Shown here piece by piece: positions 38,036 through 51,900 of a stretch of DNA of 64,000 bases (the stretch's first letter is position 1; every line of letters starts with the position of its first letter). The notes under the pieces are model-generated. The model was not told where the DNA came from and made no database searches. It saw only the letters and a program-made list of their open reading frames with translations. The DNA lies in assembly GCA_002633005.1 (NCBI GenBank), contig NMRA01000668.1, forward strand, positions 62,001 through 126,000. Reading direction: 5' to 3'. The position numbers were made by a program, and so were the translations under genes. This DNA comes from Phoronis australis. Lineage: Eukaryota > Animalia > Phoronida.

Positions 38036-40155
38036 GGATATGATATAAACAAACGTGTTTTATTGAGGGTTTCAGTGTAGCAACGTTCTCTGTATGTATT
38101 GAGTCTTGAAAACCGCCAAAACTTTTAGATTTTATATTGTCAGAGCGAGCAAAATTTATTTTGTAACAAAAGAGTAGTGTTTAATCTCTATTTTACATTA
38201 ATAACAAAAATCAGTTGATAATTATATGGACTGCAATGATCCTATATTTTTAGATTTTGTATTCAAACCTGTCTTTTGTTTTGGTAATTAAAATAATAGG
38301 TCAGGATATCAACAATAAACTTGTACTTTTTATTGGACGACGTCAAATTATGTATTAGTCACAAACTTTATCTCTGTCCGAACATCGCTTTTTCTGCAGT
38401 ATGTTACGATACAGCAGTGTAGATTGTTATATGGTCACTCATTTCATTTGAAATTTGACACGACCCATCAAATTATATATATATGCAGAACATTTTTAAT
38501 CTGTTAAGTGTTTTGATAAAAGAGTAGATCGTGATATCAACCACCAGCTCTTTCAAACGGGGCTTCAAATTTCATTCTTTGAGGGTTTGAATTAGTTCTA
38601 CATCTCACACAAAATAACAACAGACGCTATTCATGAGTTCCACATCAAAATCGTTATGGAAGGTAACCCAAACTCAAGCAAAAATAAAGCGACACTCTGA
38701 CAAAATGTCCATCGAAAGCAATCGTACACATCTCCACAACAATGGCTTCTACGGGTCCAGGCATATCGGTTACGCGATCTTATGGCGTACGCGTTGTCCA
38801 ATATTTTGAAGAATGTGGAGAACAACTCTCGGCTCTCTTTTACGCCAGCTTCAATCAGCAAACTGTGGCTCCACTTCTCGTAACCATTGCAGCTTGTCAA
38901 CTGGTGCCGTGATTTCAGTTGGAATTAGACTAAAGCAAAGGACAGCAATTGACAAATAGATGAAATTCACAAAAATACATCAGATTTGCTTTTTGCAACA
39001 TTGGCCATATTACATGTACTTTCTTATTGAACAATTAGACCTCATCATCAATATTTCCTTTTAGGATTGGAGACTTAAACATGTACACTGTAGGCCTCAG
39101 TGGATGATCTAGGATAACATAAGGGGGGGGGGCCAACATGTTNCGGGAACGTGATCCCGCCGCGACCTGAGGTCTGATCCCCCTTCTCCACAACCAATCC
39201 TAGTTACTTAGTTACTGAACTTAATATTTTCTCACGGTTCATGCTGTTGCTGTTTCATTTTGTTTGAGACAGCGGGGGGAGGGAGGCCCGGGCTCCCTGC
39301 CCCCACTAAATCGGACTATGGGCCTACTAGCACATTAGCGCTAATATTCTCTTGATATTATATATTGTATATTAGCTTCCCCAGTGTGTGTACACTTCAT
39401 ATGTTCAATGCAAATTTCATCACCAGACCTACTTAGGGATATAAACTCCGAATCCCCAAACCTGTGCAAGATACAAATACAGAAGCAAGATGCCCATTAT
39501 TGTATTACACAATCTTGCTCTTTCGATAGAAGGGCAAAACTTTTTACTAGGAATTCGGGATCGTTTTCGACATTATTCAAGTCACGGCGAAAATGATACA
39601 AAACCATGCATAAGTCTTCTGGCTTTGATTATTGATATTTTAGGATGGTCGTCCATTGTGCTGTAATTGTATGTGTGGAGAAGATGAATCGGTACTCTTC
39701 TAATGTATTTGTCTAAGCATAAATTATAGACGACAGATTTGCAACTCCGACATTTTCTTGCAAAACAGCCTAGAGGAGGCTCCACCCTCCTATATTACGA
39801 ATTTCAGTTTCCGATTAGTGTATGGTGAAGGGAAAAACAGCCGACCATGATTAGCAGACGCCGTACTTGCCGGAATTAAAACTTGCTAACTTGACCAGGT
39901 GTCGCCAGTGAATAATGAGGTCAGGTTTTGTACTTAAGGTTACGGATTTCGTTCATCGAAAATATACGGGGTTGGCGGTCCATGTACTATAGTCGATGTC
40001 TAATCTAAGCAAATAAATGCTACTCTGTGCTAATAAATTAAGCACAGAAAACAATTCAGAGAGATGCTGAATGGGTAATGTATAATGGACAATAATATAT
40101 GTGCAACCTGGAAAAATATCAGTACAGCGTGTACAAAGCCAACGACATTTAAATA

Positions 40156-41154
40156 CTATCGCCTTCCTTTACCACGACACATTGAAGTCAAGTATTCACG
40201 CAGAGGATATACAATAATTTCCTTCAAAGCCTGTCGTAGCCTCTTACTTCCGACTATGCAAATGATTGGGTGCACCACACTGCATGTGAAAGCGATACGG
40301 ACTGTGATAACGTAAGCCCAATTTCTTGAAGAACTTGTCATCTGTACGCAGCCAGTTACTACGCAGATGGTGTCTACGTTTATGACGATAATAAGAGGCG
40401 ACCACATAAGCAAAAACGTTATGCACACGAGGAGACAAGATTTAGCTGCTCGTATGTTGGCAAGTTGGTGATTATCTGTACCACTTGGTAAAACTGTGTG
40501 CCGCGTCTTCAGTAGCTGTTGAGCTACAAGCGAGTTGAATACGACAACAACAAGGGCTGATGCCAGAAATGTAGCCATCGAACCTAGAAGCCAGGCCTTG
40601 GTGACGAGAAAGGTGTGAAAACAGTAAGCCTGATAGTACACGGCGCCTGGATGTTTAGCTTCAAAGGTGGGTATAAATGCATAGAACGAAAGGATACCAA
40701 GTACACACGCGGCACATATTGCTCTCACAAATTTCTTAGAAACACACTTCTTGTAGCGGTATTCGAATCTAGAGAATCGAATGTAGCGGTCGAAGCTGAG
40801 TAACGCTGTTGAAACAGGCGGTGAAATTGTTGTCACAGTTTGAAGAAGAATTACGAAGACGCAGGAGCTAGCTGAAAGTGCCGTCGGCGTACGTAGTACC
40901 AGGCGTGGTGCAAAAACAACCACTGGGCACGAGATACAGCCAAGGAAGAAATGGCTGACATTGACGCCAATGAGGAACGGGTTTCTTCTAAGATCAGGCC
41001 TAATTTTCTGCACGATCAGAATGGTGCCGTTGAGTAAGACGGTGGTGATACCCACAAGCAAAACAATTGCTCCCAAAACTATTGGGTTTCTTTTTACCAA
41101 AACCGAACTTGTCGAGTTAAGCTCTAAAATTGTGGTATTGTTTCTCGCGTCCAT
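40156..41154 (-). CDS. Intronless rhodopsin-family (class A) GPCR, 332 aa, orphan
   Basis: Seven hydrophobic segments; N-terminal sequons NNT/NTT/NST; TM1 Asn (LLNG); TM3 Cys and SFDRY; ECL2 Cys; TM6 FLLMWSP; TM7 VHPIIC followed by helix-8-like SKRLRQALKEII. Confidence 0.92.
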   Translation of the reverse strand: MDARNNTTILELNSTSSVLVKRNPIVLGAIVLLVGITTVLLNGTILIVQKIRPDLRRNPFLIGVNVSHFFLGCISCPVVVFAPRLVLRTPTALSASSCVFVILLQTVTTISPPVSTALLSFDRYIRFSRFEYRYKKCVSKKFVRAICAACVLGILSFYAFIPTFEAKHPGAVYYQAYCFHTFLVTKAWLLGSMATFLASALVVVVFNSLVAQQLLKTRHTVLPSGTDNHQLANIRAAKSCLLVCITFLLMWSPLIIVINVDTICVVTGCVQMTSSSRNWAYVITVRIAFTCSVVHPIICIVGSKRLRQALKEIIVYPLREYLTSMCRGKGRR

Positions 41155-41984
41155 TTGAGCCTAGCCCACCGGTGTTTCTGCAGCGACAGTGTTATGTTTA
41201 AGTGAACTATCGAACCAATCTCACCTCGTTTAAACAACTGTTATCAAGTCGTGTCGTCGTGCTTCTTATGTTCCTCAATTCGTTGTATATAACAAGGAAA
41301 TCTGCGAAGCTCATTGGTGGACAGTGTTACTGAATCCAATTAGTTGATTGTTTTGATTAGTTTACCAAGCATGCAATTGATGCAGCAAACGTCAAGTGAA
41401 AATGTGCACCATGACAACGCGGGACCTACTGTAATAAATTTACAATAACTAAGGCCAATGCACGTCATCGTTTTTGCCATCGGGTAAATAACCACTCAGT
41501 TTACTTATGAACTACGTGTACATATAAACCTCCCGCATGCTGAAACCGTTCCGATGGAAGTTCAAATCAACCTGCCAATGACTGGCGTGAGTTACAGCTT
41601 TTTTTGTTTTTAACTCGATCTAATTTCAGCGCAGTTTCAATCGAACTGACGATCGAGTTTTTCCGACAATCGATTCTGTGTTCAACAGATGTCTGATGGG
41701 CCTGTTCCAAAATGCAGGACACTTGAAAGACAACATGATCATGTGTTCATTTATAATGTTTGACGACATCGCGCGAAGAAGTTAGAGATTTCGCCAAATC
41801 TGCACAGCCCTTGTATATAAATATCGGTGTATTACGTTTATATCAATTTAAAGACACTGATGTCAAACTGTCATCCAGAGATTCTGTTTTTACCTAAAGC
41901 AACATTTAGCTATGACCTCTTGCTTTCAAACGGAATAGTTAAATGAAGTGCAAATCACCATTTGGTGGTGTGCAAAAACTTTAT

Positions 41985-43144
41985 CAGCCGATTTCATCAA
42001 GGTGGTTTAACAAAACCAGGTTTTAGACTTAAACCTGGTCTCCCTAAACCTGGCCTAATTTTAGACCTGACTTGCATTTCACCAACATGGTTTAAGAGTC
42101 TGAAAGCCTGGTTTTGCTAGACCAGGGAGCTGGTTCAGTACAACCAGGTTTAAAGTATCAAAGGCACCCCACTGTGTTGAGCTGGGTAAACCCAACAAAC
42201 AAACTATTGAAGTGCTTCAATGAAACCGTTATCATGTGGGTATACAATGGCATACACTAGTAGAATCAGTGCAGACACTTATGAAAAACATCTAAAAGCC
42301 TTTCTCATGAGGAAAACTGTAATTTCTGTGACCAACACACACACAATAAAGAACATGCTCCCGATTAGATGTAACATGTTACATGCCCAAATTTTTCCTT
42401 GTCATTTTAGTGTTTATTTTTCGAGGCCAAGGGGGGGGGGCAAGACCCCTTCCTGGCAATATTGTATCGGAGAACAGTGGAGGTGGAACTCAGTCAGAAG
42501 AATCAGAAGATGATGTCTTTAGTCAAATCCGTAGAGCTTACGATGATGACGCCCTGCTCGACCAGTCGCATTCTGTGAAATCCGCAAGACACACTCAGGC
42601 AAGTACTGGTCTACGCATAGGCGAATCCACGGGGGTCAAGGGGTCCGGAGCCCCCTTTTCCCTTGATTTTAGTGATACCAAATCTATAATTTTCAAGTTG
42701 TTGACTTGCCCCCCTTTCAAAAAGTCCTTGACCGTCCCCCCTCTTTAATAATCCTAGATCCGCCCCTGCTACGTTTTATCTTGTGTCATAGTAAAACTAA
42801 ATGTTGAAAATAGTCCATTTTCGCTCTAAAACTGCATTACAAATGCTCTCCGCGGCATCAGTCAGTTGTACCTATACCATACAAGTCTGACATATTTAAC
42901 AGTTAAACCTGGGTCTGACCAAGTCTAAAGTTAAACATGGTTTCAGATCTTAATGCAGGTCTAAAGAATATAGACCTCGTTGGTGACATGAAAACTGACT
43001 TAGACCAGGTCTAAACTGGAGTTAAAACAGGTTTTACTAGACCACTGGTCTAAAAGTTAAACCATCTTTATGATTATCTTTAAACCTGGTCTAAGTCCAG
43101 TTTAAACCAAGTTTAACTTTAAACCACCTTTATGAAATCGGCTG
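41985..43144. mobile_element. PIF/Harbinger-like non-autonomous element, 26-bp TIR, 3-bp TAT TSD
   Basis: TIR CAGCCGATTTCAT(C/A)AAGGTGGTTTAA with tat on both flanks. Subterminal arrays of aaacc(a/t)ggt(c/t)t motifs at both ends. Confidence 0.85.
42615..42768. mobile_element. Short GC-rich MITE nested in the Harbinger-like element
   Basis: Ends CATAGGCGAATCCA and TAGATCCGCCCCTG form an imperfect TIR. Similar G/C-run-rich remnants lie near 39095-39325, 43400-43532 and 58392-58620. Confidence 0.5.
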
Positions 43145-46100
43145 TATAAGTCCAATGGAATTTCTTAAAAGTCATGGATGACCCATATTTCTATCCCAGA
43201 GCGAGAGTAGTGTTATTAAAGGTACCAGAAGTTATCATTTGAATCTCCGCAAGAACAATTGCTCACTGTTGTGCCTCTGTCTGTATATTAAACGATCAAA
43301 GACGAAAGAACGAGTTGTGCTTTCATCAATTTCATACCGATAGAAGTACAGTACTACGAGTGGCTAGTGAAAATTTGCAAATGCAAAACAGTGACATATT
43401 TAAGGGGGAGGGGTGAGGGCAAGGGGGCCATTCCCCCTAAAATTATCCCAAATCCCAGATGGCACTTCGGGCAAAATCCTGTCTAATACTCTGTCCTGCT
43501 CCTTCAACTCAAAATCCTGGATAAGGCCCTGTAATTAGATGGCAAACTTTGCAAGTAAAATTTTACACAGTCTCAGTATTAGTTGTTGTCGACTCTAATG
43601 TATCGCCAGTGGCCGTGGCGTATGAATAGATAGCATCTTCGAAGCGCATCAATGCTTAATCGCACTTTAAACTTCCCCAAGGTAAAACTTTACTTTAAAT
43701 GCATGTTTTGTATTAATCAGTTTAAACAAGGATGGTTTCTAGGTAACAGGTGGCATAACAGTGTTCACTCTTCATTTCTCTACAGTGACCTTCCTTTTCG
43801 TTACAGAACTTTCTAACCTGAAAAAACTGAAAAAGCAACGTACTGTACTACGACGTTTGAACACTCAAACTCAGAATACTGTAACTGTTTCGCTTCACAA
43901 AGATCACCCCTCTCAAGGAGACGAGTATAAAGTAAATGGTTTTCATTACTGAAAGTTGTATCGACAAGTTATCAAGCTTCCACAAAAATATTCAACTATA
44001 GAAAAATGAGGCAGAAATTGATCTGAATGAACCATTGGAGAGTTCTCTCTGGTTCCTACAATTTCAAGAGGAAATTAAAGCATTTCTTGTGAAGCATTCA
44101 GAGAATGAAAAAAAATGAATGTAAAATGTCATCGGTAAAAACCAGGTACCTGTACGTCAACGTTGCCATAACTAACATAGCCAAACTATAATGGTAGTTT
44201 TACAGACTGAATATCGTTTTGGGAACGGTTTAAAGAGAAAATTGACATTCGAATCTCTCTGACGTACACAAATTTGATTACCTACTAAAAGGCGACGCAG
44301 TCAATACAGTCCATTCAATATTACCGTCTACGGCAAACTACAGAATAATTGTGAATGGAACACTAGCAGAGAATTTTGGGAAACATAGGGAAATTATTCG
44401 AGCTCGCATTCTTCGACTATATCATCAGCCTCGTCCCCAGGCCTCAGGATGGCTCTGATCAGTTTAGCCATTTGCAGCTTCGTCAAGGGAAATAACTTCT
44501 GCGCAATGATTGGCCGCTTCCTACGAAACGAAGTCATTCCGGATAATTTATTAAGACATATTCGCAGCCCCGTGGGAGAGAAGAACAGTTGATTGAAGAA
44601 ACGTGAGAAGAGGAAACTGACTAATGGGTGACGCCTTACCTCATAGCACCGAAATCAGAAGTAAAAGATTGCATCACAATTTTAGCAAATTTAACGGTAC
44701 AATGCCAATTTTCCATCACCGGAAAATATAAAATCTAGATCAAATTTTCAGGTGCACACCGTTGTTGATATTTTTGGGGGTGACTGGCCGGCAAAATCCA
44801 GGGCGTATTTTGTCTGTAATAGGCAAGTTGGTGCCCGGTGGCATGGAATGAATCATATGGAATTGTTTTTAGTGGAAACACGGATCTATGAGGTGGCTCG
44901 TTTTTATTGGGGGGGGGTGCCGTTTGAGTTTTGGCGGACCCTTTCAAGAGTGCAGTTTGTCATGGGTCATTTTGGTGTTCAGCTTTTCATTGACATGCAC
45001 TTTGTATGATTTTATGGGTTTCTGGTGTTCAGATAACTCGTTAAAGGAATGTAGTCGCAAACAAAATTTTTTTCATACATTACCAGTCCTGTTTGAAACA
45101 TTTGCTTTGGTTTGGAAATTACATCCAATGTTATGCATGGGTTTTGAGGAACTTCGAGAATTTATGTGAAAATTAAACGGCCTGTATATTTCCACAGGGT
45201 GTGTGGGAGAGACAGGAGAACAAGGAGAGGTGTAAGTGTAAGAGGAGGTAGATGAAGGAAAGGGAAGTCAGTCGCTACAGGTACTACAGGTCCAGCCTCG
45301 GTGACCCCAACTCAAGATGGTCTACAAGCTTATGCATCTCGTCAAGCTGACGTACAGGTACTTTATCATGAATACTAAACACGTGAAAAATAATTCAAAA
45401 ACTCCATTTCAGAGAAGTATTGATGATTTGTGAATATACAGAACACCATTTTTAACAATCTAGGTCACGATACATCTTGAAGAAATTGGGAGCCATTACA
45501 TTTTACACAGAGTTTCATGTAATTAACATTTGTCTAATGATGCAATTAAGATGTGGCATCAACTATTCCAGTTTGTTCTTGTTGTGAGCTGAGCTTGTAG
45601 CTAAGTGAATTATTAGTATACAGAATGGGATAAATGTCTCTTTGGTGAAAAATCTCCTAATTTTCGGAAAAGAATAAATGCCATGACCAAATGAGCAAAT
45701 GCGAAAATTGCTGACATTCTTTACAAGGCACGTTGATGAAATTTGAAAGGGAAAGGAGGGTGTTATAAAAACAATGAATTTACCATAGTCCACTGCATCA
45801 TGAATCTTGTGGACACTACCGAAACCTGTGGACAACGTGTCGCCATAGTCTTGATGGCGGTACCTATTGATGCTATCTCCTGCAACTTCCTCTCCACCAA
45901 ACTCTTCGTCTCCAACTCCAACATCGCTAATATCCACATCATCAAAGATACTTTCTGGCCCGCAACAAGAGAAAGCGTGATGATCTTGCCCAGTAGAATT
46001 TCAAAGACAGAACACCTAGCCCCTGTAACACAGCTGAACTACCAAGTAACAGGGCTCGTGCTGTGTGCGGTCATCTGTAGAACAGTTAAACCAAGTTCGT

Positions 46101-46199
46101 TAAAAATTCAAATGTTTAATCATATAACGATTGATGACGTCTCATGATGCTTTCTTTAGTAAGTTTGCGGTAACGACTGGTTACTAGTGTGAAAGTATT

Positions 46200-46276
46200 T
46201 CTGTCCTGTCAGGGCCTGGAACCTGAGATTCATTGCTGTCCATGCAGGCTCTTAAGTACACTGAGCTATTAAGACC
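46200..46276 (-). mobile_element. Degenerate tRNA-like SINE head
   Basis: Minus strand GGTCTTAATAGCTCAGTG...AGGTTCCAGGCCCTGACAGGAC has A- and B-box-like motifs at tRNA spacing, but no convincing cloverleaf. Confidence 0.4.
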
Positions 46277-47266
46277 ACAAGTTCTGTGGAAGATATATTT
46301 ACACTATATACATGAAAAGTGTCAGCAATGAGTAATGTTTTTAAAAATGGATAACTCATAATTTAAATGTACGTGTATACCCAATGGTTATGTTGCACTT
46401 ACAGTCATCGTCCATGTCATGCATGCTATGTCTTCAGATGTAACAGTCGTTAGCCTGTAATATAGAAATTTTAAAAAATGTTGAAGTGTTTCTCTTGTTT
46501 AACCTGTTTAGCATTGGTCAATCAGCATTCATTGGATTTCAGCACATATCGTGTATAAGGCATGATGTATAGAAACGGAACGATGTACGACGTGGTCTGT
46601 ATACTTAGAACTCAGAAAACACACTGGGGAAATTATATCCAGAGCACATATTTATGACTTGATGTCAAGTAAAATACCACCACAAATTTTATGGATAAAA
46701 ACTCCACAAAATCCCAACGATTTCAACGTTGTCTTCGAAAATAAACTTTCGAGTTATACAGCAATCAACTTCGAAAAAGAAAAAAAATGTCAAATTCGGT
46801 GCAAAGAAATGTAACTGCAAAAGCAATAAGAGAATTCCACTTTGCCCAGACTATATCTGATTGAGTTAGGAATACCAACTTGTCACTTTAAAAACCCATG
46901 TATGACAAGATCAGCCGCAGGATGACCTATAAAGCGACACCTAGTAGGTGGTACTTACTCAAAAGTGTCAACAAAGCTGTTGCCAATCTGCTTTTTGGTG
47001 CATTCACTTTTAGGTACATCTCTGAAAATCAAATGTACAATTCATGTACACAGAGTATGCAAAATTCAGTTATGCTTAGAAGAGACACGTGTGCACATCA
47101 TTTCTTACCATAGCAGACATGTAGAAATATTCATTTTCTGGAAATATACCATTCGTATCACCTGCTCAAAACATTTCACAATTCAATTATCACTTACAAC
47201 ACTAAACAATTTGTTATCAAGATAATTTATGAGCACTAACTATTTCTCTCAAATTTAAACAATCAG

Positions 47267-47511
47267 AGGCCCGTTCCAACAGAACTGACTTGGCTAAGAC
47301 AAACCTTAAATCTTAGTAAGTTTCAAAAGTAAAGTTAAATTTGTATCAAAACCAATTCAAGGAAGAGATCTTAAGTTTGACTGAAATGTTTGACATGAGT
47401 TTTGTCTTAATTTTGACTAACTTACCGAAATTGGAAGCTTCAAAGTTTGGAAGTTAAGACAAATCTTAAACTTAAGAAAAAATGAACGTGTCAATTTCTT
47501 AGAATAGGCCT
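47267..47511. mobile_element. 245-bp Harbinger-like MITE with CAG TSD
   Basis: TIR AGGCCCGTTCCAACAGAACTGAC / AGGCCTATTCTAAGAAATTGAC; CAG at 47264-47266 and 47512-47514; internal taagacaaa repeats. Confidence 0.7.
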
Positions 47512-48399
47512 CAGTACTCTCAAATCAATCTCAAAATGAATGACTTGGATCCATACCTTAAAGCACAGGCAGAATCACTTGACATATATAGTATCATTAA
47601 TACCAGAAAGCCCACTGAAATACACTGTTGCCATAATCTCAATTAAGTAATAAATATAGATTATTACGTGGCGAAGTCGTTATCCCTCGTAATCTAGAAC
47701 CCTCGTGGATGTTGGAAAATTATCGCCCGAGGTTGATCTCGCTGTGATTTCAAATGCTTTATCAGTGATCCAATCAAAACTGAAATGGGCCAGATCCCAG
47801 AAATGGTGAGTTCATGACTTTGTTTACTGAGTGAAGGACAATTAGAAAAAAAATCTCAATGCCAGAGTATTTGTTCAAGCTGGGAAGAGTTAGACATCAG
47901 CGAGCTCTTATGCACAAAAGCAACAACACTTTGATGGCGAACCAGTGTGGCACAATATGTAATAAAACTTTTGGCTTATGGAGGGTCTACGGGACAACTA
48001 CTGTCTCTACACTCGGTATTAGGTACAGTGGTACTATCTTGAAGTAACACGGCTTCGAAATTTCTGTTAGCGTTTCAATAAACCAACCGAAAACAAACCG
48101 TCAATATATGGTGATACATGTGAGTTGGAGTAATTTTGATTATTTTTGCAAACAAAATAATTAAAAACAACCTTTCATATCATTTAAAATATAGCAAAAC
48201 TCATTCAACTTCCTGATGTTACGTTGTCGCATTTCCCCAAAGCAAATCAACCTTTAACCGGTTCTCCTGAAACTATAAACTTTTTTCTTTTAGTCCAAAG
48301 TCACGATTTTATAGTCACAGTTGATAAATAATGTAACATCTGCATGTAGCAAGGTATATTTCAACAATTTCAGAAAAAATGACTTACTAACTACATGTA

Positions 48400-48920
48400 C
48401 ACAACTGTAAGTATCATCAACGCCGCTTAAATTTAAGAATACCTTTACAAAATTAAAAGCGCTATCTCTTACTCGAGCCTAAAATTAAGCACAATTGTAA
48501 CATAAATCCCGCTTAAGTTTTAAAATATCTGTACAAGTTTTGAAATGGCCATCTCCTGCTCTGGCCTAATATTAAACACAACTGTTAGTAACATAAATCC
48601 CGCTGAAATTTAAGAATGGCAGTACAAGTTTTAAAATAGTCATCTCCTATCCTGGCCTAAACTTAAGCACAATTGTAAGTAACATACATTAAATTAACTT
48701 AAATTTAAGCATATCTGTACAAGTTTTAAAATCGCCATTTCCTAATTTGGTTAACAATTAAGCGCTTTAATTCCAGAATATCTGTACAAAGTCAAGTTCC
48801 ATCATCGCCATCTCCTACTCAGGCCAAAAAATTAAGCACAATGGTAAGCAATGTAAACCCCGCTTAAATTTAAGAATATCTGTACAAGTTTTTAAATCGT
48901 CTGGCTTACATTTAAGCACC
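48400..48920 (+). repeat. Tandem repeat, ~88-bp unit, about 6 diverged copies
   Basis: cacaa(c/t)tgt...ccgcttaaatttaagaatatctgtacaagtttt...ccatctcct..ggcctaa recurs at ~48400, 48490, 48577, 48668, 48765 (partial) and 48837. Confidence 0.9.
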
Positions 48921-51900
48921 TCTGTTCAGGTATTAAATCCCACTATTCTTGTCACGTACAAAATATACTAAACATTTAATCAATAAAAATGTGTAGGGTA
49001 AGATCAATTAAAAACTATATTTCAAACTACAAGTCATTATACCAAAATCAAAGCAAGGCCATTTTCACAACGAAATTGGTATCGCAAATTTGTCCATGCT
49101 ATGATACGACTTTGTTTTTCTTGCTACAATGAACGTACATAGCCATTATTAATTCAATCAAATATTTCTTAAAGAAAAAGAGTTTGATAGGATTGTGCAA
49201 TTAGAAGTATTTGTATCTTTGCATGTAAGCAATATGTGGACAGGGCATGCAACTTCAAAGAAATTGGCAACCATGGAACAGATGGAGAGTGTAAAACCAG
49301 GTAAACACAGCTAAAAAGTAAGCTTCAGCAAAATCTTACCCAATATGGCACAGGTGTGACGTTTTACATCCTCTGAAGTTTCGTAAACGATACATAGCTC
49401 CGATCTAATATTTATCGACGTTCCAATTCTGCATCACAGCTACAGCCTAGCGCGAGTAAATGCTTTCTTAGTAATGGTCACAACTACATGTACAATTAAA
49501 TGTAACATGCCAGTGGAACACGCTAAAACAGAAAGAGCGGATTCATTTAAATTCACTTTCCCTTTACTTCATATACCTTGTTGCGTCTGCTGTTTGTTCT
49601 CTAGCAGTCGTGATATAGCGATACACTATGCGCCATGAAATTCGCTGTACAAATTTCGTACAGCGTGGTATCGAATCACATTCCTCGAGTCGCAACCATT
49701 ATGCTGAAAAAAAACATTGAAAGCATCCAACACTATGATGCACACACTTTATTAATATCAAATCCTCATACAACGCTAATGTTAAATCAAGATCGTAAAA
49801 CTCGTAAAACTTATTGAGAATATAGAATAGTGTTGGCAATGGTAAATACAACCGATGTGTTGCATAGTTAAACTCCTTCTCTCACGCGTTGTTAACCCTT
49901 ATTATATGTTAAAGGATGTTCTAAGGATCCAAAAAGTCCTTACCCCATAACTAATACACAATCCGTACTCGAAAAAAGTTTAAATGAGCGCGCCACTCAC
50001 GATTCGCACCCGAAGAACCACCGCCATTTTGAAATTGCCGCGAACCCGGAAGTACAATTCATTCAGGAACCCAGGCTGAGAAAACGCCGTCAGTGCGACT
50101 GGAGCAGTGCCTGTACTGTTACCAGCCAGCAAACGGGATAAAATAATCGACAGCGTGCCTTCATTTTAATAAAATCAAACTACTGACAATTTTGTCGAAT
50201 TTGCTGACGAAATGTGGCGAAAATTTTTTGACAGACTCGGGACCGCAGCCTATCGGACCCGGTGCGGATCGAGACCAGACACTGGCGAACGGTAAACGCA
50301 TGCGGTTGCAAGCTGTTTTGTCGAAGTAAAATGGTCAAATCATAAATGCTGCATACATTCAAGGGTAGTTTCAGACACTTGCATGAAATTACGGGCTGGT
50401 TAGTCCTGTGTCACACTGCCGCGGCAGACCTTAGTTAGCCTCAGTCACCAGCTACCAGTGAAGACTATCGTCAAAATACAGCTTGTTAGTAGGAGGCCTA
50501 CACAGCTTTGCACCAAGTATACCCTTAGGCCTAACTGGTCGCTGGCCTCAGCGCTCGCTCAAACGAGGTTTATTTAGAACTTGGGTTCTTCTGGCGAACT
50601 GTGCAAAGTTGTTGGCTTTCAATGGAGATTTTCCCAGACTTTGTATGAGCGCACCAAGCCTAAAAGAATGGGGGGGGGGGCTAGAATTTTTGGGAATGTC
50701 TATCTTTTACTATAAGATACAGCGGGTATGTTCAGAGCAATGAATTGCAGACTCTAAATTTTGGTACTTCCTGTCTTCTAGTGGAATATTGTCTCATTTT
50801 TTACTTGTTTCGGAATTCGTGCTTCTGTGACTGAGGCAGACCTTTTTCCAGTTCTACAAAAAGGGGGCTCGTTCGAGCACATAAGTATGACAAGTCCAAT
50901 ACAACATGTTATCATTTTTTATTCATTAAGCCAAAATGATTCAAACTTTTAACATAATAAGTAACTTAAAATGGACAATACTTTACAACATTTAGCATTA
51001 CAAACACTATTCAACAGCAACAGTTTCCACGACATGAAAGTGGACGTACACGTAACTATTACCATGGTGACGGAACAGTGTTTCCTTACACCAGAATTTT
51101 ACAAGCATCATTTAAAAAATATGAAGTTGCAAGGAACAAGAATTAGAGGCTTGAAGCTTCACAATTCAACATAGCTTATTTCTAAAATTAAGATTATTCA
51201 TATTGTTGACTTGATAACCTGAATTAAGAAGCAATAAGTTACAAAATATGACTTGAAATCAATTGACTTAAAATTTTGAAAAATATGAATCATTTTGTGA
51301 CACCGAATCAAGTCTTGAACAGCAGTTGACAGTCAAACAAAAAACCATTTCAAAATTATTTCAACTATTTTTTTAGCTTAGTGTAAGATCACCTGAATGG
51401 GAAATTTACAGTAAAGTTATTCGAATATATCTTATATTTTTGCACAAAAAACACGAAAATTGAACAAAGTTTCTTTTTTAGCAACGTTTGCCATAATGTA
51501 TCAACGTTAAATCTTCACAAGTTACAAAGTAGCCGATTGAACATGCCTTTCATTTTAGCAAAAGTCGCCATGTTGTCGGGGCCGCCAGAAATGAGATGAA
51601 GTCCAACGGGAATTGTGAGCACATTTATCACTTAATGAATAACAACTGCGAGTCTGAAATTTGGTGAACACTGTAAAATCGAGCAGAATAGTAAGTAAAG
51701 ATATGTCTAACAAAATTTCACCGTAACTTGTTGGCGAAAACAATTTACACAAAGATTTAAACTCGTAACATCCCACTGTCCTCCAATATGGCCGACGCGA
51801 TCCACAAAACTTGCAATAACTTTACACTGCTTGCCCCGATTTTGATACTTTTTCAATTTTTACTGAGTAGAATGCATTACTTTTCCGATGATAGCAAAGT

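Noticed and set aside
50020-50055. YY1-like (CCGCCATTTT) and ETS-like (CCGGAAGT) motifs as a promoter; similar pair near 52140-52180
   Set aside because: No associated gene identified, and such short motifs are common inside DNA transposons.
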